From Phaeosaccion multiseriatum (taxonomy: Eukaryota; Protista; Ochrophyta, other classes): a stretch of 64,000 nucleotides of DNA. A program made the position numbers and the translations under genes. Of this stretch, positions 57,307 to 64,000 are shown piece by piece. Position 1 is the stretch's first letter. Each line of letters opens with the position of its first letter. The notes under the pieces were generated by a model. That model ran no database searches. It saw only the letters and a program-made list of their open reading frames with translations, and was not told the DNA's origin. The stretch covers positions 1-64,000 of the forward strand of contig OZ218958.1 of the NCBI GenBank assembly GCA_965112735.1. The letters are read 5' to 3'.

Positions 57307-60179
57307 GCGCGCGCGCATGACCCACCTGGGGCGAGCGGGGCCACGAAGCGCATGTTTTGTCCCGTGTTGGGGTGCTCGAACTCGAGTGTGTGTGCGTGCA
57401 GGAGGGGCCTGCTGATGCCGTACTGCTTCTTCACCTGAGGGGGACAATGAGGCAATGAGGCATCAGTGAGTGATTGAGTGAGTGCTCTTGCCGGTGTGTG
57501 CCAAGGGAGGGGCGAACGTCTGAAGAAGGCGGCAGAAGGACACACCCCACAAGCAGACAGGCTCCTCGTTCCAGTCACACACAGCTCCATCCACTGCCAT
57601 GCTACCTTCTTGTTCCAGTCAGAGCTGCCGTAGAGCTCGTCCCCGATCACGGGCGTGTGTCGGTCCTGTGACCAAGGGGCGTACAGGCGAGAGGGAGGGG
57701 GACAGGGGGGAGACACAGGTTGGTTCCTGTAAGTCAATGTATCAATGTAACATATTTCCTCACCTGCAAGTGCACTCTAATTTGGTGCGTCCTGCCGGTC
57801 TCAATCCTGACGTGCACCACGCTGCACTTTCCGTCGTGCGCGAGAGTGTTGGCGATGGACAAAGCGTTGCGCTGCCCAGACAGACCCACAGTCACGATGT
57901 CGGCGTTGACTGCGTGGGGTACGTAAGGGGTACGTAAGGGCACAAACGGGTACGCAAGGGAAGGGGGTATGCGACGTATGAATGGAGTGTAAGGTACAGA
58001 GCATACGCTATAGGGCATAGGGTAAAGGCTATATATACATAAATACAGAGCCCCAACCTCCTCGCCCTACATGTACCCAAACACACACCACACACACCCA
58101 CGCAGCTGTGCCTGTACTTATCTACGTACCGGCGACCATGTTCTGCCTGTTGCTACATACACACACGTTCTTACGTACGTACCGGCGACCATCTTCTGCC
58201 TGTTGCGGGGGTGGCGTGCGATGGGTACGTCCATCACGGCGTCCTCCCCGGGGTTGCCCGCCACGATGGCCAGGTACGCCTTCTCAACCTTGCGCTCCTG
58301 AGATGGCAGTGGATGGCAGTGGAGGGAGGGGGGCTAGGGGGCTGAGGGGCTGACTGATTGGCATGCAGGCAGGCACGTCGGGAGGGAGGAAGGGCCGCAT
58401 GCCTGCCCATGTCCCCACCCACACGCCTGCTCGCCCTCCTGCTTACTCTCCTGCCTCCTGCCTGTATGCTCCTACTCCCTACTCACCCCCTCACACCCTC
58501 ACTCTCTCCCTCACACCCTCACACCCACACTCTCTCCCTCATACCCTCACACCCTCACTGTCTCCCTCACACCCTCACTCCGATCGCTCACTCACCGCGA
58601 AGAGGGCGCAGAGTTTGGCCTGCATGTTGGGGTTTTTGGCTGCGAGCAGCACCCCTGTTGTGCCCTTGTCCAGCCGATGCACCACCCCCGGCCTGAGCTG
58701 CTCCACCTCAGACGGAGAGCCCCCCTGGGCTCCAAAGTCCTTTGCGTTATCGATTTGCAGGTGGTGAAGGAGCCCGTTCACGAAGGTGCCGTTCCAGTTG
58801 CCGGGCGCTGGGTAGGGGACACACACAGAGAGAGAAGAAGGGGGGGGGGGCGTGAGAAGCAGCACTCAGGGAGGGCAGGAAGAGGCATTGCATCTGAGGC
58901 CGAGGAGGGAGGCGAGGGCCTTCCCTGTGCGGCTGCTTAAGCCGCCCCAAGGCAAAGCACAGCCACACGCACGCACGTACACCTCCACGCTTACTCACCG
59001 GGGTGCACGACCATTCCCTCGGGCTTGTTGACCACAACAAGGTCCTTGTCCTCGAACAGAATGTCGAGCGGCACGTCCTCCGCGTCAAGCACCATCTCGG
59101 GGGAGGGGGAGAAGCGTACCTCCACCTTCATGCCGCTCTCCGTCTGGAGGCAGGGGCAGAGGGGGGGGGGTGAGGGGGGGGTGAGGGGTGAGGGGTGAGG
59201 GGTGAGGGGTGAGGGGTGAGGGGTGAGGGAAGAGTGGGGGGCGGAGGGCTGAGGGCCATCTTGTCTTCGCTTGGCACTCCAAGGAAAGCCAGTCAATGGT
59301 GAGTACAGCAATAGAGCTGCGCAATTGGGCCTTCTCTCTCTTGACCAAGTCAGCTGCGAGCAGAGAAATTGTGGCCTTCCCTCCTTCCCTCTTGACACAT
59401 TGCCTCCTTCCCTCTTGACTCGCCTTGGCGCTCTTCTTGATGGGCTTCCCGTCCACGCGCACGTGCCCCCCGTGGCAGAGGGTGCCGAAGTAGGAGCGTG
59501 ACTGCTCAGGCACCTTGAGGCCGAGGAACGCGTCCATGCGCAGCCCCTCGCCTCCCTCCGGGCCATCGCCTACCTCAAACACAGAGCTCTCGTAGCCCTC
59601 CGCCCACTGCCGCCCCTGTTCCAGCAGGGGGCAAGACCAGAGTAGCCAAGAGGTGAGACGATTGAGTTAAGAGGGGAGGAGGCCTATCTACCCATGCGAG
59701 AGCGGCGTGGGGGGGGGGGGGGGCAGCAAAAAAACCCCGCCTAACGGCCTGCTAACCCTGCCGTGCTGGCTGAGGCGCTCGCTGACGCCACTGATCACTG
59801 ACCTGCTCCATGTTTGAATCGTCGAGAGCAATCTGCTCAGCCGCATTGTCCAGGATGCGCTGCTTCTTCTTCCCTGAGAGGGTGAGGCAGGCGAGCGTCG
59901 GGTTTGTTAGTGCTATTGCTGAACCCAATCTTCCCTTGCTGCTGCTGCAGACGCACCTATCTTCCTGAGGTAAAGCATAGACCCTCCTCGTCCTCGCGTT
60001 GTCCATGCATCATTCTCAGGCCCACTTCGGAAGGTGGTACAGCCTGAGGTACAGCCTGAGGTAGAGCTTGAGGGCGAGAAGTTGACGCCCGCCAGGCTGA
60101 AGCCCTGCGTCTCCGGGATGCAGAACGCGGCGATGCTGAGCACCACCACCGCACTCAGCGACCCACCTTTGCCGTTCAT
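56884..60179 (-). CDS. RluA/RluD-family pseudouridine synthase with S4 domain, probably plastid-targeted
   Basis: LRMDAFL..SRS (S4); ILFEDKDLVVVNKPEGMVVHP; RPGVVHRLDKGTTG (catalytic Asp); IETGRTHQIRVHL; PVIGDELYG; LLHAHTLEFEHP. Signal peptide ends TQG-FSL. Confidence 0.93.
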
Positions 60180-60343
60180 ACTGCCTTCCTCTTTATTTTT
60201 TTAATTAAAACTAAACTTCTCTGTGTGTGGTGTATAGCAGCAGCCTGGATCACCAACGCGGGAACATCACAGCTGAAGTGTCAAGTTCTAGGTGGTCTCT
60301 CTGTCGTTACGTTCACTAGATGGTTTCTCTTTTCTCTCTGTCG

Positions 60344-64000
<3,657 letters not shown>

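Overview
This is eukaryotic, GC-rich, intron-rich DNA that looks like a chromosome end. The host is probably an ochrophyte-type alga, inferred from two bipartite-looking plastid-targeting N-termini and a CCCTAA/TTAGGG telomere tract. In order: about 5.7 kb of (CCTGG)n grading into about 130 bp of pure (CCCTAA)n (the CCTGG tract is most likely a nanopore miscall of the telomere); a 41-bp AT-rich filler; a young chromodomain Ty3/Gypsy LTR retrotransposon with a single 1780-aa gag-pol ORF and identical 274-bp LTRs; a 42-bp satellite; a second, internally deleted chromodomain Gypsy element with a CAGG target-site duplication; and a 176-bp satellite. The first element is preceded by the 3' tail of another copy, has a palindrome in place of a tRNA primer-binding site, and has a WIDN RT active-site motif. 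From about 19.4 kb there are nine spliced genes: S1-domain protein, M20 peptidase, giant IQ/TPR protein, LSD1-like amine oxidase with AT-hooks, RPL32, two hypotheticals, RluD-like pseudouridine synthase and a partial GT14/Branch glycosyltransferase. Six of them form three compact head-to-head pairs. Their introns carry micro/minisatellites, telomere seeds and two recurring position-polarised motifs. All calls were made by eye, so exon boundaries are approximate.
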